NCBI RefSeq assembly: GCF_026914285.1
Contig: NZ_CP113864.1
Location: 148,582 to 212,581 of the forward strand
Direction: 5' to 3'
DNA from: Caldicellulosiruptor naganoensis
GTDB taxonomy: Bacteria; Bacillota; Thermoanaerobacteria; Caldicellulosiruptorales; Caldicellulosiruptoraceae
Length of the DNA stretch: 64,000 nt
Numbering within the stretch: the stretch's first letter is position 1; each line of letters opens with the position of its first letter. Of the stretch, positions 62,063-64,000 are shown piece by piece. The translations under genes were made by a program, and so were the position numbers. The notes under the pieces were generated by a model. It saw nothing but the letters and a program-made list of their open reading frames with translations, was not told the DNA's origin and made no database searches.

Positions 62063-62983
62063 TTGAAGTGTATAAGGTGTAAACAAAAAGCAAAGATTTT
62101 GCTCAAAAGACACAACGCAGCATTTTGTGATAACTGCTTTTTGTATTATTACAGAAATCAGGTAAGCAAAAACATCAAAAGACACAGGATGTTTGACAAA
62201 AAGGACAGGATTTTGGTGGTCATCTCCGGTGGCAAAGACAGTATGGCGCTGTGGGATGTTTTGATAAAAGAAGGCTATGATGTTGTTGCTATGTATATAA
62301 ATCTTGGGATAGGGGAGTATTCCAACAGGTCACAAGAGGTTGTTGAGAAGTTTGCAAGCGTTCATAATCTTCCACTTATTGTGAAGGACATCAAAAAAGA
62401 GTATGGACTTGATATATACAAGCTTTCAAAGACTTTGAAACGAAGCCCTTGTTCAATCTGCGGGTCAATTAAAAGGTATCTATTTAACAAAGTGGCATAC
62501 GATGGAGGATTTTCGGCTGTTGCAACAGGTCACAACTTAGATGATGAGGCAGCAACACTTTTGGGAAATGTGCTCAGCTGGGAAGAAGGGTACCTTGCAA
62601 GGCAGGCCCCAGTACTACCTCAAACTCATCCAAAGCTTATAAAGAAAGTAAAGCCTCTTTATACTTTGACAGAAAGAGAAAACCTCTACTATGTGCTTTT
62701 AAACAAGATTGAGTTTTTGCATGAGGAGTGTCCTCACTCTGTTGGCGCACGTTCAATACTTTACAAAGAAGTGTTAAACAGGCTTGAAGAGAAAAGTCCG
62801 GGTACAAAGCAAAGGTTTATAAATAGTTTTCTTGAAAAAGGAAGAAAGCATTTTCAGGATGTTGCTGAAAAACTTGAACTGAGAGAGTGCAAAACTTGCG
62901 GTCAGGTTACAACAACAGAGGAATGTTCGTTTTGCAGGTTTGTGCGAATTTGCAATCAGCAGGAAAAGCAGCAGGATGTTTGA
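62063..62983 (+). CDS. TtuA/NcsA-family tRNA 2-thiolation PP-loop ATPase with N- and C-terminal zinc fingers
   Basis: CIRC...CDNC, VVISGGKDS (PP-loop), PCSICG...ECPHS (Fe-S cysteines) and CKTCG...CSFC. Confidence 0.75.
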   Translation: MKCIRCKQKAKILLKRHNAAFCDNCFLYYYRNQVSKNIKRHRMFDKKDRILVVISGGKDSMALWDVLIKEGYDVVAMYINLGIGEYSNRSQEVVEKFASVHNLPLIVKDIKKEYGLDIYKLSKTLKRSPCSICGSIKRYLFNKVAYDGGFSAVATGHNLDDEAATLLGNVLSWEEGYLARQAPVLPQTHPKLIKKVKPLYTLTERENLYYVLLNKIEFLHEECPHSVGARSILYKEVLNRLEEKSPGTKQRFINSFLEKGRKHFQDVAEKLELRECKTCGQVTTTEECSFCRFVRICNQQEKQQDV

Positions 62984-63066
62984 AATAGACAAGGGCTGGC
63001 AGTTAATTGATCTTTTCACCTATTTCCTTGCCAGCCCTTTTGGCTTTTTTGATCATATCGATTTTT

Positions 63067-63732
63067 TCAGACTCCTCTTTCTCTATCTGGCCAGATTATT
63101 TTGTGAAGCTGAAGCTGAAGCCGGCAGTTTTGAAGCTTGTTTTGTATCATAAAATCCACAATTTCTTTTGGTTCGATTTTTCCATACACCGGGCTAAAAT
63201 AGATGTTACAGCTTGGCTCAAATGTGCGGATTATTTCAACAGCCCTTTGCAAATCTTGTCTTGTCCCCACAACAAATTTTAAAACGTCCTGCTTTCCAAG
63301 ATGCTTTATGTTTTCAAGGAACATCTTATCTTCCATGCCGCTGGATGGACATTTGTAGTCCATTGTGATAATGGCATTTCTGTTCACATCTCTTATATCA
63401 ACAGACCCATTTGTTTCAATATTAACTTCAAAGCCTTCTTTGATAAAAGCGTCAATGAGCTCATGTATATGAGGCTGTATCAAAGGCTCACCGCCTGTCA
63501 GCGTAACTTTTTTAAAACCTGTTGATTTTGCATATTCGAGTATTTGTTGGGCAGCCATCTGGTCATATTCAGGGTTTTGAGTGGCATATTTTGTATCACA
63601 AAAAGAGCAAGAGAGATTGCACCCTGCAAATCTGATAAAAATGGCCGGATACCCACTTCTTATTCCTTCACCTTCAATGCTGACAAACTTTTCAACAACT
63701 TTAAAAGATGCTTTGTCCAACATCTTTTCCAC
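63067..63732 (-). CDS. queE: 7-carboxy-7-deazaguanine synthase (QueE), paralog 2
   Basis: VSIEGEG and FIRFAGCNLSCSFCDTKY. 221 aa. Confidence 0.85.
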   Translation of the reverse strand: MEKMLDKASFKVVEKFVSIEGEGIRSGYPAIFIRFAGCNLSCSFCDTKYATQNPEYDQMAAQQILEYAKSTGFKKVTLTGGEPLIQPHIHELIDAFIKEGFEVNIETNGSVDIRDVNRNAIITMDYKCPSSGMEDKMFLENIKHLGKQDVLKFVVGTRQDLQRAVEIIRTFEPSCNIYFSPVYGKIEPKEIVDFMIQNKLQNCRLQLQLHKIIWPDRERGV

Positions 63733-63876
63733 CCTGCACTTTGTGGTTTTTGATAGTTATAAGATTAATATACACATAAGAAAAATGCAACAAAAAAGCC
63801 ACCTCTTGAATATACCCAAGAGATGGCAAAATTTCAAATGAGCTTATTTATCAGCATCCAGGCAGGACACAAAACC

Positions 63877-64000
63877 AACTCTATCCCCCAACGGCAGGCT
63901 ACAAACCAAAGCGGTAGTTTGGTTAATACAGGAACAGCAGGAACTTTATTTCAATCCCCAAAAGGCAGGCTACAAACCAAGAGAAATGGGAGTATCAAAA
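63877..64000 (-). CRISPR. Probable start of a CRISPR array (two 30-bp repeats, 71-bp period; minus-strand repeat GTTTGTAGCCTGCCTTTTGGGGATTGAAAT), continuing past the window end
   Basis: Copy A at 63877-63906 (aactctatcccccaacggcaggctacaaac) and copy B at 63948-63977 (atttcaatccccaaaaggcaggctacaaac) are 25/30 identical. The spacer is 41 nt. The repeat has GTTTG...ATTGAAAT termini typical of type I/III repeats. Confidence 0.45.

Overview
This is a low-GC (about 35%), Firmicute/Clostridia-like window. The gene content (HydG hydrogenase maturase, TtuA-like tRNA thiolase, rubrerythrin/Fur, 0A boxes at abrB) suggests a thermophilic, anaerobic spore-former, possibly Caldicellulosiruptor-like.

1) Coordinates 1-12.5 kb hold a class-II (double-glycine leader) bacteriocin locus. 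It comprises a C39-peptidase ABC exporter, a HlyD-like accessory protein, three GG-leader precursor peptides, a small TM protein and a CPBP/Abi immunity-like protease. A second ABC-2 permease/ATPase pair and an intact IS4-like transposase follow. The whole region is bracketed by two inverted copies of the same roughly 1.1-kb IS with a degenerate transposase, giving a composite-transposon-like architecture.

2) Coordinates 12.5-18 kb hold a queE paralog and a MarR regulator with a heterodimeric ABC exporter pair, one half interrupted by an in-frame TGA.

3) Coordinates 18-25.6 kb are an AT-rich island of decayed insertion sequences (IS1634-like, IS256-like x2, ISLre2-like fragments), pseudogenes (an S8 protease with an in-frame TGA) and a 450-aa orphan ORF.

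4) The core region contains recD2, bioY, a WG-repeat secreted protein, flotillin, a GH13-like protein, a CE4 deacetylase and a complete fructose PTS operon (fruR-fruK-EIIA-EIIBC-ptsH-ptsI). After that come an ABC/CPBP module, perR-rbr, a GH13 alpha-glucosidase, PlsY-like/GT2 genes, TM1266-hydG, a CheY-like regulator, rsmI, abrB and a LysM-M23 peptidase. A block of queC, ridA, a Zn-ribbon protein, a ThiS-like carrier, a TtuA-like thiolase and queE follows. A probable CRISPR array starts at the very end of the window.

Several genes (recD2, flotillin, an ABC permease, and less clearly bioY and an unidentified gene) carry single-base frameshifts, mostly at A/T homopolymer runs, which looks like systematic assembly error rather than genuine decay.
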